Shown piece after piece: positions 40,243 to 56,909 of a stretch of 64,000 nt of DNA; the first letter of the stretch is position 1; every line of letters begins with the position of its first letter. Origin of the DNA: Octopus vulgaris. Lineage: Eukaryota. Location: positions 19,530,001 to 19,594,000 of the forward strand of contig OX597829.1 of NCBI GenBank assembly GCA_951406725.2, written 5' to 3'. The position numbers and the translations under genes are program-made. The notes below the pieces were generated by a model that was given only the letters and a program-made list of their open reading frames with translations, searched no databases and had not been told where the DNA came from.

Positions 40243-40869
40243 GTGTGTGTGTGTGTGTGTGTGTATACATATACATACACACCCAAATGAACCCACACAT
40301 ACCTCCCATACATGCACGACAGCTGGAACGCCCTTCCTAATGCCAACTACTCCGAGTGTAGTGGGTGCTTTTATGTTCCACCGGCACGAGGGTCTGTCAG
40401 GCGGTACTGGCAACAACCATGCTCAAAGCTGTTTTTTATGTGCCACCTACATGGAAGCCAGTCCAACAGCACTAGCAATGACCGCCTTCGAATGTTGTTT
40501 TTCACGTGCCAGTAAGGCGACACTAGCAACGATCACGCATGAATAGTGCTTTTACGAAACACCGGCATGGGAATCGGTTAGGAGCCCGGGCAACGATCAC
40601 GCTCAGATGGTGCTTTTAACATTCCACTGCCACGGTACTGTCAGTGGCCATGTCAGCGATTTTAATTTCACTTGTATCAACAGGTCTTCGCAGGCAAAGT
40701 TTATTGTCCAATGAATGAATGAAGGGTACTCATAAGTGGGCTAGTTATACACAACTGGCATAAGCCATGGGTTATGGTCTAATTTGGCTTGCCGGGTCTT
40801 CTCAAGCAAAGCATATCTCCAAAGGTCTCAATCACATATACATGCATACATACATAACATATACATGTA

Positions 40870-41328
40870 TCTATATATATAAAACTCAACTTGTGTGTCT
40901 GTGTGTGTATAACTTCCTGGCACATCAACTAACTAACAATTCGTAGAACCACCAAAAATGGGTCACTTAAAGTTTAGGCGAATGAAAATTGAACTGCGCT
41001 ATTTCTGTTCCGAAATTCATCTCGCAAGTGCAAAAATCGATAAGGTGTTTGTTTAGGCCTTACCCCATGCATTGAATAGTGAACTTTACTCAGTCAGCTG
41101 TTTGACGTGAACTGTGTTCACCACGCGTGCAAGCATGCGTAAATTGCATGAAAAATTAAAAATCAAGATATAAAAATGAATCGCCGTAAACATTGTAGAA
41201 ATTCGGCAAAGAAATGAATTTTCGGGATGTAGCCTGGGTTTTTTCGTATTAATTGTTTGGACTTTGTGAGCACATACCAATTCTTTTCATAACATTGACC
41301 ATCTTGCAAAGCCGGGCAATACTGCTAG
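40870..41328 (+). mobile_element. Non-autonomous Helitron
   Basis: 5' A|TCtatatatataaaactcaacttgtgtgtctg; 3' gcaaagccgggcaatactgCTAG|T. Confidence 0.65.
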
Positions 41329-41350
41329 TATACATATAAATATACATATA

Positions 41351-41394
<44 letters not shown>

Positions 41395-42433
41395 TATACC
41401 TGCATACATACATATACATGAATACATACATATATATACATGCATACATACATATATATATATGCATACATACATATATATATGCATACATATATATACA
41501 TACACATATGTTTATATATATATATAGGGAGAGCTCACGAAAAAAAACAAAAGATGAATACAGGTAGTGTACAAAACAAACAGATGTATTAGTATAACGC
41601 TCAGGAATTGAAAAAGTCCTTTACATTTCGAGCCTACGCTCTTCTACAGAAATGGGCACAGAAAAAAACAAGGAGAGAACCATATTCATAAAAAAGTATT
41701 ACCACCCTCAAACTTGAGAAACAAACACATAACTTTTTTCGCTTAAAACTCCATTGCATAAGATCGATACTATGAAATTGCTCAAATTGATCTCTATCAT
41801 TTAATCTTAATTAAAATATAGTTTGTTTTTAAAATAATAACATTAATTATACTTAAATCCAATTTTGTGCCTTATTTAGATTATTTTTAATATTTTACCT
41901 CAACTTTTTTTATACAAATTCATGAGAACAAAACTATGAAATTTTTCACTTTTTGCAATCATTGAAGCTAAAATAAATACATTTTCTTTTTAAAAATAAA
42001 ATTATTTAGATCTAAATGTTGTGGGGAGACAAACACAGACACACATATATACAATGGGCTTCTTTCAATTTCCATCTACCAAATCCACACTCAAGGCTTT
42101 GGTCAGCCTGAAGCTATTGTGGAAGACACTTGCCCAAGGTTCCATGCAGTAGCACTGAACCTGGAACCATGTGGTTGGGAAGCAAGCTCCTTATCCAAAG
42201 AGCCACTCCTGTGCCTATGTATATATAACTCTCTGCAGGACACAAAATAGTAAATAATTCCCAGTAATGTGATCCTCAAAGATTGAAAGTCAGCACTGAT
42301 TTAGCTAATCTGAGCATTGTGCAGTTGTGGTTGTGTGGTTAAGAAGCTTGCCTCCCAATCTAGTGGTCTTGGGTTCAGCTGCTGATGTTCTTAAGCAGTT
42401 GCTCCTGCATAACATCAGGAATCACAAATTTAA

Positions 42434-42782
42434 GCTATCATTCGGTTTGACTCGAATTTTTTCAACAAAATCTCCGTAAGTTTCCGTGAACATGTGCTGT
42501 CTCGTCAACTGTCAGTTGACGAAATGGGAAGGGAAAGCTAATGGGTTGTAGGTGCGTGCATGCTTGTTCCTATGTGTGTGTGAGCACACAGAGACACAAA
42601 CAAGAACAGAGGAACAAGCACGCACGCACACACACACTCAGAGCAACAAGCACGCTCGCACGTACAACCCATTAGCTTTCTCTTCCCATTTAATTATCAA
42701 CTGACAGTTGACAAGACAACACGTGTTCACGGAATTTAGCGAGTTCTTTGTTGACAAAAATCGAGTCAAACCGAAAGATAGC
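42434..42782. mobile_element. MITE with ~140-bp terminal inverted repeats
   Basis: gctatc.ttcggtttgactcga...gctaatgggttgta..tgc mirrored by gca..tacaacccattagc...tcgagtcaaaccgaaagatagc. Confidence 0.8.
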
Positions 42783-43269
42783 CAATATCTCTTTGAATTC
42801 CTGTTTATGCAAACCTTCTTACTCTCCTCAACACACGTAATTTTTTTTTAGCGGGGTGAGCAGAATACTGTGCTGAAAATTAGACATCGCAACTCTGCAA
42901 AGTAATTTTTTTCCAAAATTTCGACTTTTTTGTTTTAAGACTGATTGTTATCGCTAATCTTCCATTTCCACTTTGCGATCAAAAACAGAAGGCAAAAAAA
43001 TAATAAACACGCTTATAGTGAATGCATAACATGCTCTGAATTGAAACAAATTTAAATTGAGTTTAATCACCTCAAAATGTGGATCGCAATTATTTATATC
43101 TTAAGGAGGGTTATGCATTTTTGAAGAACAATAATATGGCCCAACTCAATATCATTCTACCTGAATATTTAAATGGGTCTAATATACAAGAGAAAAAACA
43201 CTTGCCCATCGTTCAAGTTAGCCGCTACAAAAAACGTAGGAATGACGTTTAATGAGAATCACTCTATGT

Positions 43270-43682
43270 GACACAGGCATGGGCAATAAAGGCAAGGAGT
43301 TTGTTTCATCCTGACCACATGATTAGAACAACCACACGGTTTCGGATTCAAATCCCACTGCATGACACTTTGGGTGTCTTCTACTATAACTCCAGGTCGA
43401 CCAAAGCCTTGTGAGTGGATTTGGTAAATGGAAACTGAAAGAAATCTGTAGTATGCGCGCATGTGTGTGTCTTTGCGTTCGCCCCACCACCACCACCGCT
43501 TGACAACCGGTGCAGGTATGCTTACGTCCATGTAACTTAGCAGTTCGGCAAATGGGATCGATAGAATAATTACTAGGCTTGAAAATAAAATAAATACTGA
43601 GGTGGATTTGTTCGACTAAACCCTTAAAGGCAGTGCCTAAGCATGGCCGCAGTCTGATAACTGAAACAAGTGCAAAATAAAA
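43270..43682 (+). mobile_element. Family A SINE
   Basis: Head, core and tail as in the other copies. Confidence 0.8.
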
Positions 43683-44137
43683 TATGCCATTAGGTTCCTC
43701 TTTTGTATTTGCTATAATGATGTCGTACGAAAGACAACGCTCCTATTTTCAACGTCGTTGGTCAACGCCAAACTACCCGGATGGCTCTCAAATCTGGGGA
43801 AAAGTTGTCTTAGACGGCTTAACCCCCGACAATAAATCCTATGTTCGTTTCTACGGACATCGAGCGATCGAGATGCAACAGACCAATTATAAATATAATC
43901 CCACCACCCCCATCGGGAGGACCGTTGCACCAAAGGAAATTGATCAATTTCCCCATAGTTTCAATGTTGATTTATAGTGTTACTGACAAACAGAAGAATG
44001 TTACACAAGCCAGGTCCAAAGATGCTGAAATCTCTAAGACGTGACCAAGAACAATCCAATGACATGAGGATGCGAAGAAAATCCGGAAAGACTATCTTTA
44101 GAGCACCGGTTAAGTCGATGAAATCATTATTACAATC

Positions 44138-44194
44138 ACTTCCGGTTTAGATGGATTAAGACCAATCTGGCAGCTACTCATTTGCATATAAAAG
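44138..44194 (+). promoter_or_regulatory. Promoter-like motif cluster (ETS, CCAAT, octamer, TATA)
   Basis: ACTTCCGG at 44138, CCAAT at 44162, ATTTGCAT at 44180 overlapping TATAAAAG at 44187, in a CpG-rich segment. Confidence 0.35.
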
Positions 44195-46591
44195 TAGACG
44201 TTTGGGCGCGCTCATCCTGGCATCTGTTTATAATCTCAACATCGCTAAATTGATTTTGTTTATTCATTTAAGATGTTCCCACAAAAGAGCAATATTAATG
44301 CATAATGCACGTTTGAATTAGCTTTATATTTAAATAAAAGGAAAAGCATTTTTACCACTTTCAGAGACCCTACTACAGATTCAATTAATTCAATTCTTGA
44401 CAAAAAACAAGTCTCGGTTACTTCAAAAGTAATTCTTGTCACAAAAATTTTTCTTTTACTCTCTTAGAGAGCATTAATATTCCCTAATCTTTACACTCCG
44501 GTCACGAGTTCAATTGAATTTGTACTATTGCAACAAACTGTTCCCTATATTGTGTATGCGAGTTAATTTAATAAACTACGCATTTCCACAAGAAGAAGAA
44601 ATATTCAAAAATTATTTTAAACGTTTTCATTTAAGACGCAATTATTATATGCCCTCCATTTCAAGATAGATATCTTTTCTGTTTATCTGTTTTATCTCCA
44701 CATACCCTTTTCCCGCCTCTTTCCTCGCCTTTACCCTCTCTCAAAATATTTCATCATTTCTAAATGAATATCTTTTTTCTCTCCCTTCGTTACTCTCTTC
44801 CTCTCTATGACCTCTTTTGTTATCGCCCACTATCTGAACTTTACTCTATCTTTTTTATGCTCTTAATCCATTAGTGCAATAAACGTCCGTGCTTATTTCC
44901 TCTTCTACAATGCGGTCTTACAGTTCAAACAGACAATAATTGTAACCAATTCGAATACAAAAACCAAGGATTAGGTTGTTGGTTTCTTTCTTTTTTCTTT
45001 TTTGGCAAAGTTAAAAGTCAGCAAAAAGTTTCAATTGGGGGGAAAAAATCACATTAAATTATGAGAATTATGAGCCACGCATTGGATTCATTTGAAAAAG
45101 AGAGAATATGAGAGACTGCTGGATTAGGAAAAGGATTAAATCGATTTTTACTAGTCAAATGTTCCTTTATTGGATACAGCTCCAAAGTGTTTCGTCTTGT
45201 GTTTGAACACGAAATTCGTGTATTTTATAATCTTGAAAATTTAATACCAGATCTTTCCGGCGAAAGATTTTCTTTTCTGCTACTCAAGCCAGAATTTAGG
45301 CCAGATACAAATCATTCCATGAATGACCAAAATAATTAGGTAAATATTTCGTAAAGGACCCATTCGTACCTCGGCACCTATTTTTTTTTCCACGGTTTTT
45401 TTTTTATCGAGTATCTGACCTCCAAAACTCGCCGCAAGCCACTTTTTCCGGAAACAAAAGCGGGTAAGGGGTCACAAAATTATTTCAGTCAAATATCGGT
45501 GGGTCCTTTATCGCAAATAGCTGTTAAGTGGTAGAAGGGACTGCTAGAAATAGCAGGCAAATATTTCTTTTTCTGGAGAAAGGAGCCGTTTACTTTATCA
45601 ACACTAATTGCCAGCTTCCTTGACTAATTAATGAGTAATTATTGCCATAAGCTGAACATAAATTATCTTTTATAACAGTAGTTAGCTCGTTACCAATCAT
45701 TTGATAGTTACCGTTTCGAACGATCGGTCATAGCTGAAAAACACGAGGGATCGAATCATAACGCGGTCGTTCGAACTGCTAAAAATTGCAGTCGAGTCTC
45801 CTTCAAATCACATTCCAACATTTTAAAATAGAGAGAAGTCATTGGAAAATGTGGTTCTGAGTAATAAAAAAAAATGGGATGGTCATGAGTCATTGTTTTT
45901 GAATCAAAGATCTCGATCAGAGCAGGCCAGGGGCTAAACAAAGGGAAGTTTATGTGATATTGCGGTATGTTTTAAATAAGCTTGTTATGATCTCAACGAC
46001 GAAGTGTGTGTGTGTGTGTGTATGTATCTGAGTAAAATTCTAAGAATGTTAAAATATTTGATTTCCGCAATAGAAACTAGAAACGTGAGATTAGTATATA
46101 ACAATCAGCATTTCTTTATTTATAATCTGATTTTGATAATCAGTTTTAGAATGGGGGAAAAAAGGCGAAAGAAACGAATGAATAGTAACAAGGATGTAAA
46201 ATAAAATATGAGCACATATTAATAAAAAAAATTCATAAATTATTAAAGGTCACAGTAAACGAGAACGTAATTTCATAAGTGTACAAAGAATACTTAAATG
46301 CAAAGACTGAATTTAATTACATTGCAATTTTCTCACACACGTACCCTCATGTGCGTATGTGTAATTATTAATACGGAATACATATACTCATGTTCTGAGC
46401 TATTTTCACACACACACACACATACATATAAATGTATCTATGTATGTATATATATATAATACATATACACCATTATATGTATATTGATATACACATGTAT
46501 ACGTTATATACGAGTAATTATGTGTATATATATATATATATGTATATATTACATATAAATTTGCTATACACACACACATGTATACCCCACC

Positions 46592-46650
<59 letters not shown>

Positions 46651-49134
46651 ACTTCGTGGCCCTTCTAATGTCAATATAATAACTGAAGATAATTAATTAA
46701 AAAATGTGAAGAACTTACCTCAAAAATTATACCCAGACACAAGATGCGTCAATTCTCCCTCTCACACTTTTTTTTTTTTTTTTTTAGGATAAAGAAAAGA
46801 TATAATCAAATAAATTTTGATCATTATGCTTTCCTTTCAATGTAGAATTACATTGAAAATATATTGTATATATTATTTTAATATATACTTTGAAAGGGAT
46901 GGGGTGAGAGACAGTTGACGCTTAAGCACAACAACCATAGTCATACGGTTGTGGCTGAATCTGCACTAATGAGACAAATAGTCCTTTACAGTTTATAAAG
47001 TCTTCGAAAACATTGGGGTGTATTACTACGCCCCTGCTATTTACTATACATTTGAAAAACGAATTCAGAAAGTGATTTAATATATTTTTATTTACTTAAA
47101 TTTACAATGGTTCAGATAGATGTTGTTATGGGTAAAATCATTAAAAATCTTAGAATTTTTAATTTTCTTATAAGAAAAAAAGTGCATCAAGAAACAGGAA
47201 GTTGGTAAAAAGTTCCTAAATATCGGCCATTTTAATTATTCCAGAAATTTCCATCATGAATCCTCCATGAAATATTTTACAATCATTTAGCTTTTAATTC
47301 TTTAAAAAAAAAACCAACTTTTTTTTGTTAATATATTATTAGTAATACTATACATGTACCTTTTTTTCACTTTAGAGAATATATTGTAACAATCTGGCAC
47401 AGATGTATCATTTTAAGTATTTTCTGTTGAAACTGCTTTTTGAAAAAATACACCCATTTCAAATGTTGTCTTAAAAATCACCTGATTTATCAGTAAAACT
47501 TACTTTAAATATTACATGTTATCTTGATTTTATTTGATTATGTTTTCATATACATGAAGGCCAACTTTCTTTGCCTGTAAACTTTTTTTTTTTTTTTGTA
47601 CATTGAATTACTAATTGTGCATAAATCTGTTATAATTTAGGTGGATAACACAAAGAATTTTCACCATTATCGTTGATGCCTTCACATTTTTACACACACA
47701 CACACACACATATTTAAATGTTGTTCATTCCACCCCCACACATTCAAACCTGATCGAGCAGATCTTGTTATATAAATCAAGGGCATCCAGACCGCGTGAC
47801 TACAAGTCTTAGCTTTATCTGGCTTTTCATTACTTTGTCCTCTTTTATGAAAAAGGAATATGTGTGTGGTGTATTGAGATAAGGGTGATTGTTTTTTTCA
47901 GGCAGGTCAAGCGACCGCCAAGAAAGCGATTTTAATTTTTTCTCTTTTTTTTTTTTTTTCTTTTGCTCTTTTTGCAATTCATAGAATTTAATACGGCGCC
48001 AAAAGTGTTAACTAAAGTTTCATTTAAAAAAAAAAGAATGAGAATTAAAATTGATTTAAAAATAGAATTGAGCTCATTGGAATTTGCTAGAGTCGTTTAT
48101 TAATCCACCATGCTATTTCTCTGACTCGTCTTATCGCTGGCAGAGAGAGCATTTGCGGTCATTAAATTTGTAATATAAAAAGTATACAGAAAGAAACTAA
48201 TGACCTGTTAACAATCAAAATCAAAAAAGAATATTTTTACAAGTTTGCAAAATATGTTTTGTGTTATTTTTTTCAGCAGTTTAGTCTGCGCCCTTTGACC
48301 TTCCTTCCCATTGACATCCGTCACTCATGGGGTGGTGAATTAGTCTCGTACTTAAAGAGACCTGGCTCAAATTCTTTGACCAACGTATTTCTTTAAAAGG
48401 ACACTTAGAGGCCATATAGTGTTAATGAGGCAATAGAATAAATCTACCCATCACTTGATAGTAATATTTATTTTTAGTGCTGTATTGGTCTAATTAAGAG
48501 GTCATTAGATTAATTGTTGTTCAGCCCCTGGTCAGACCTGCGATTCCAAACCATGATCAAAGTCGTTGACTATTTATTTCCTTGAACAGTGTATGCTGCA
48601 CAACCCTATCCCGTGTCCAATTTTGTAGGACTGTAGATTTCGTGAAAATTATAAATCCTTTAATTACTTTGTCAAACCACTTCTGTGGCTCCCTCTTGCC
48701 TTTCCTTTGCGATTTCTATCATTGATGAATCCCAAGGAATGAATAATTATCGTACTATATGACTCATGCAAATTTTGTGTCTATTAATTTTCAGTGGTAG
48801 CATTCGTTGTTTAACTCCAAGTTAGCCTTCGACAAATAGAAACCTCAATACCAATGGTTTTTTTAGGCCATAAAACCATCCTTTCTTTCCAGACATTGCT
48901 CAGAAAAAACAAATTCGGTGGGTGTGATTTTAGAGGGAAATTGGTTGTTATTTCTGGTCGGTTGGGCTTACCACTAATTCTTCTCTAAGCATTTTGATTA
49001 ACTCAAATTAGACATCGGAATACATTATGAAACTTTTATTTATTGTCAATTTAGGATTTAAAAGACATTGCGACTGAAATGTTTCAGTTGTCTAAAAACT
49101 GTTTATAACTATCGACATACTATGTATTTACATA

Positions 49135-50190
<1,056 letters not shown>

Positions 50191-52483
50191 CGTGTGTGTA
50201 TGTTAAAACTTTGTGAAAAGGGTGAACACCACAAGCTCTCCCCTACGATTTACACTGAGCCAACGGGAGAAGTTCTACATAGTCGTTCAACCGGCTAAAA
50301 ATTGCGGACCTAGTCTTCCTCAAATCACATCCTACCATCTTACAAAAAGGGGAGGGATAGGGACATTAATGAATAATGTAGTCTTTGAAAAATAAGGTGG
50401 ACTGGTCATGCCCTGAATATCTTAAGTTGTTTTTTTATGAGATTAAACAACAACATAATTCAATTAAAGGTTTCTTTTTTTCCTTTTTTTGGGGGGGTGG
50501 GGGTGGGGGGAATCTATTTATTTCCTAATTCTTAATTGATCAATTCACGGCAATTTATTTATTTCCTAATTCTTAATTGATCACCGTTTTTATTTTTAAA
50601 TTTCTTTAAATTTATTTCCTCTGTAATATATATATATATGTATCTATGTTTTATTTCATGCGGGCATTGTCAAACATGAATAAATTTAATTTTTTTTTTT
50701 TTTTATGTATAGTGTATGTAACAAATTAATATTTATATGCAAAAATAGAAAAGATTCTATAATGAAATGCGTCCCAGAAATGACATTCCATTTTGTTTTC
50801 GTTCCAGATCTTATTATAACTAATGCCATTCATTTTCTCAAGCATTTGGATCTCTTTTAAAGAGCATTTTGCAAATATCTTTTGCAGCTCTAACTACCAT
50901 AGTTTTCCCTAATTGCCGAAACAATTTTTTTATTACATTTTCGTTGCATTTCTTTCTTTCTTTTTTTTCTTTTTTTCAACCATTTTATGCTACATTTCAA
51001 ACCACTTAAAGTTATAAGTGGTCACTAATACTTTTAAAACGTTTATAAGTTTTGTTTATTTAAAAATTCTTGAAAATCAAAATCTGCTAATTGGAAATTT
51101 CTTGATTGTTCTCTATTCGTAAAATTTGATTATGTCGTATTTTTAATGACTTGATTGCTCATAATTCAGCTGAGTTTTGGAATAACTACTCCTACCTTTT
51201 ATGGGAGATGAAATTTTCCACATTTTTTTTTTTTTTTTGGTCCCTAAGCCCCTAATTCTATTTCCTCTTCCTTCCCTATGAGGTAGGGACAGCTATTCCA
51301 AAACTCCGCCCATAATTTTATATACTGTTCTTTTTTTCTCATCATTTTACATTGTGTCTTCTTTTCTCCGATAATTAAATTGTAATTATATATATATATA
51401 TATTACATATAATATGTATATGTATGTGTGGCGATATATATTTTCATTTATTTTTATATTTAGTCGTGAAATTAAAATACATTATTTCCGAAGGGAACAG
51501 ACAGCGAGCGGGCAGAATTGTAAAGCAAGCCGGACAAAATGCTAAACGACATTTCGTCCGTCTTTACGTTCATATTCCGCTGAGGTCGGCTTTGCCTTTC
51601 GTCCTTTCGGAGTCGATGAATGAAATAAGTAGCAGCTAAGCACTGGGATCACGTTGTACCTATTGTAGAAAACTTTATTTCCAAAGGGGGAAAATATACC
51701 AATTAGCATAAAGTATCCCTCTCTGTGTCTGATACTGTGTATGTGTGTGTGTTATACGAGCAGTAGTTCTCAATTTTTTATTTAACCTTTGAACCCCTCC
51801 AGTACTACTTTTACTCTGGTGGAGCCCCCTAGCCATTCCATGTATAAAAACTAGTTTTATAGGTATTTCTTTCAAAATTTTTATTTTGTTACTCTCACAT
51901 TTACTTGTATAGATTGAACTATGTAAAACGTAAGAGAAAGAAACCTAACTATTTCTTGGCAATAAAATACATCTCTGAAGCAATTTTTTTTATAGACCCT
52001 TAACATACTACTGTGGATCCTCCATTTACTATTCAGCTTGCATGGACCCCGGTTGTGAAACACTGACATACATGCATACACGGGCCTTCAGATGCCCAAC
52101 TTGACCTCTATCCATTGACACTTGCGATGATAAAAAGAGAAAAAATAATAATAATTAAAGCCTCTTTGGTATTTCAGTGAATTTCAACTGCAGTTATTTA
52201 TAGTTATTTGCGACCTCGTTTACAATCGGTTTCATGAATTACGAATATTACCATGGCTAGTAATTTATATACACACAGATAATTACAATTCATCTGTTAA
52301 ATAGGCATATATATACTTAATCATGTGTGCTTTCTGATTTAGGAACAAGATCAGTTATTTGCAAAAGGTTGTTTAGTCAATACTATCGACCACAGTACTT
52401 GACTAATGCATTTTATCGACCCCGGATGTTATGGAAGGCAAAGCTAGCCTCGTCGGAATTTGAACTCAGAACGTAGAGACGGA

Positions 52484-52517
<34 letters not shown>

Positions 52518-54303
52518 GCACACCAGGCAAAAGGCTTAACTTTCTGAGTTCAAATTCCACCGAGGTTGTCTTTGTCTTTCATCCTTTCAGGGTCTGTAAA
52601 ATAAGTACCAGTTGAGTACTGGTATCAATATAATCGTTTGGACCCTTCCCCGAAATTGCTGGCCTTGAGCCAAAATTTAAAATCAATATTTACATGTATG
52701 TAAATCGAGCATGTGTGTGTGTCAACCAGGACTTCATAAATTAAAGAAAGGCAAAGTGTTTATACTGGACATGTATGTTTTTTTACCATCATCATCATCA
52801 TCATTTAACGTACACTTCATGCTCATATGGGTCTTACAGAATTTGTAGAGGCAAAGTTTCTACCTGTAATGGCCCACACTTGTCTCCATATTAGGTAATA
52901 TTTCCCTATGACCAGTCTCAGAATATTGGAAACAAAGGATGCCATTCTCATGAGGATGACATTCGCTAACAACTATCATGTCAAGGCGACCATAACATGC
53001 AAAAATGCACACACACACACACACACATGTATGTATGCGTGTCTGTGTACTGTCTCCTTGCCTTTAATATGCGATAGACTTTTCTCAGTTTCTATCCACC
53101 AAATTGACTTGCAGGGCCTAGGATTATAGTAAAAGACACTTGCCCAAGGTACCATGCTGTGAGACTGGAACCTAAATGATGTGGTCAGGAAGCAAACTTC
53201 TTACCATCCGTGCCAACTCGTCACTCCAGTCCACTCAGCTGGCAAAAATGGGTGGTACATGTATTTCAAAGGGCCAGCCTTGTTACAGTATGTGTCAAGC
53301 TGAATCTCTCCCATGAACTATGTTAAGGGTATGCCTGTCTGTGAAGTGCTCAGCCACTTCACAAAGCAGGCTGTTCTGTTGATAAAATCAAGTGAAACCC
53401 TTGTCATCGTGACCAACAATGTCAGTTTCAAGTGGTCTTTTTGAATACTCTGCAAGATGTAAAAACAAAAGCTTTCAAAGAGTGGATGAACTAAGGAGAA
53501 CAAACAGCCATCCAGTTGCATGATATCTATGTATATGAAAGTACATACAAGGATTTAGAAACTTCTGGTTTGGTACCCGAGTGGGCATTTAACTTTCTAG
53601 AGTGGGTTGGACTCTAAGCCATGCTACAGGCAACGAATCCAGGAGACAGAGATCTCATCGTCATCATCATCCTTTAATGTCTATTTTCTATGCTGGCATG
53701 GGTTGGGTAGTTTGACCTGAGCTGGCAAACCAGATAGTTGCACTATGTTCTGGTCTGATTTGGCTTGGTTTCTATGGCTGGATACTCTTCAAAATACCAA
53801 CCTCTTTACAGAGTGTACTGGGTGCTTTTATGTGATACCAGTACTGGTACTGACTACTTTTATTGTGCTACTGACACAATAGAAAAATTTGAGGTTTGTT
53901 GTTCATTGACTGTGGCAAACATTTCTCCATGTTTGTGGTTATAGGCATTTCCAAAGAATGTTACTGGTGCTACACAAGCTTTCACCATGAATACAAATAA
54001 TCTAAGTAAGTAGACTAATAGCTTTAATGTTGGTTGTTAGACTTCCATGTGTTAAAGCCAACAGGAAAATTCCCTACACACACACACACAGATATATCTT
54101 ATATTTTACTTGTTTCAGTCACACTGCTACTATGCTGGGACACCATCTTGGATAATTTTTAGCCAAACGAATCAATCCCTGTACATTTTTTTTTTTTTGC
54201 CAGATACATATTCTATCTCTCCTTTTTACTGATCAATAAGTTATAGGGATGTAAACACACTACCACTGGTTGTCAAGTGGTCGTGGTCGGGGTGTGGATA
54301 AAG

Positions 54304-54334
<31 letters not shown>

Positions 54335-55742
54335 CACAACACACTTCTTTCAGTTTTCTGTCTACCAAATACACTCAAGGCTTTGGTCTGCCTGAGGCTA
54401 TACTAGAAGTCACTTGCCCAAGGTGACACGCAGTGGAACTGAACCCAGCAAACTTCTTACAACACAGCCACGCATGATATTATATATATATATATCATGC
54501 GAGTGGCACATAGAAAGCACCATTTGGGCATGGTTGATGCCAGTGCCACCTGATTGGCCCCCATGCTGATGGTACATAAAAAGCACCCACTAGACTCAGA
54601 GTGGTTGGCATTAGGATGGGCATCCAGCTGTAGAAACCTTTCCGGATCAGATTAGAACCTGGTGCAGCTTCCTGCCTTGCCAGTCCTCAGTCAAACCATT
54701 TAACCCATACCAGCGTAGAAAGCAGATGTTAAACGATGATGATATCATCCAACCCATGCCAGCATGGAAGGCAAACGTTAAACAATGATATATATATGTC
54801 ATTTAATGTAGACAGTATGAAAATATGAGCTACTAATAGCTTCTTGCTTTGAAAACACAGGTCTAGGCAGGTTTTTGTCACTGCCTTAGAACCTGCCAAG
54901 ACCTGCGTCTCCAAAGCAATAAGCTATAGTAGCTAGTATCTTTATATTGTGTACTTTAAATGATTTTTGTCTCTCACTGGATGAAGTTTTTTTTTTATGT
55001 TACCTTAATGAAACAATAAGCTATGTATTTATATATATAGGTGTAAGCATGGCTGTGTGATAAGAAGCTTGCTTCCCACCCACATGGTTCCAGGTTCAAT
55101 CCCATTTTGCGGCACCTTGGGCAAGTGTTTTCTACTATAGCCTTGGGCCAATCAGTACATTGGTTGAGTGGATTTGGTAGACAGAAACTGAAATATATAT
55201 ATATATTGTTGATCATACCTTAATGAAACAGTAAGCTATCTATCTATATATATATAGGCACGAGTGTGGCTGGGTGGTAAGAAGTTTGTGAGTGGATTTG
55301 GTTGACAGAAACTGAAAGAAGCCTGTTGTGTGTGTGTGTTTATATATATATACATATATATGTTTGTGTGTTTATCCCCCAGCCATCGCTCAACAACCGA
55401 TGTTGGTGTATTTACATCCTCATAACTTAGCGGTTTGGCAAAAGAGACCAATAGAATAAGTCCCAGGGTTGATTTGTTCAACTAGAACTCTTCAAGGCAG
55501 TGCCCCAACATGGCCACACTCAATTGACTGACATAAGATAAAAGATATTTATATATGTTTCATTAATGAATAAATACTCAAAAAATATTTATACAGATAT
55601 TATTTGTAAAATAAATAATAACAACAATAATATAAGTGGCTCCAAAATTTTATAATTAATTTATAATTATAATAGGGCACACAAGATGCCGGCATTGGAT
55701 ATATGCAAAAATTTCAGTCCTTGTGTATGTGTGTGTATATAT

Positions 55743-55773
<31 letters not shown>

Positions 55774-56909
55774 TTGTTGACATCATAAGAATATAAATTT
55801 TCAAGAAAATTCTTTTTTGGAATAGGGGATCTCAGAACACGCATAAATCTATAAATAATCATTTCCTCTATAAGGCCTGAAATTTTTTGCATATATCCAT
55901 ATGCCTAAAATAATATATTATAAAATAGCCATGTTTGAAACAAAATTGAAGTAATGTTTATTAACACGTAGCCCACAAACTCTGCCTCCATAAAACACAA
56001 TGATTAAAATTCCTACATATTAATGCTTATAGAACAATGAACTCCTAGAGAGAAACATTTGGACCAGAAATTATCCACTCCTACCCACATCTTTCTGTGA
56101 ACATAGAGCACAAGATAAACAAATTTCTATATTTAACAACACTATGACATGTTCCACTAATAATTTCCAACTTCCAAATAGCATCAGAAAAAGGTAAAGA
56201 GCCTTACTAATTAACTGAAACATACCCCCTGCTTACATTCTTAAAATAAAAAAAATAACATTACAAAAAAACTGCCACACCCAATTACTAAGTTTTTAAC
56301 CTTTAGCATTCAAACACACTATATCTAGCCCATATATTCTATCTGCTTTTTGTTCAAACTGGCCAGGTCCAGTCTCTTATACCTATCCTACATTGTTACT
56401 CTACAAATAAACAATCATATCATTGAATTCATCATGAATTATCTCAGGGTTTTGAGATGCCAAGGCTTTGTGAATAAATAAATATTGTATTTAACAGTGA
56501 CCTGAATGCTAAAGGGTTAAATGCTAGACTAAACTTTGAACTTTGACCTTTACATTGTCAAAGTAAAAGATTAAATCCAAATAAAACCAAAAATAACTAA
56601 AACCAGTTGTCTGCTGACCAAAATCTCCCTTTACCTACCTACATCCTTTTTGTGAACCACTAGAAAAAAAGCAATCCCATGACCTGAAGCTGACACACTT
56701 AAATAGCCACTCCTGTTGATAAAGTTCTCTATACATTGATAAATTCTGAATAATAATAATAACATAACCCCAAATTTCTCTCTCTATCACAACCTACCTT
56801 ACAACCTAATTACCATTTAACTGAACCCCACTAACCCCACATTGGAATTCTGAGTCAAGCTAATGTTATATATATATGTGTATATATATATATGTATATA
56901 TATATGTCA

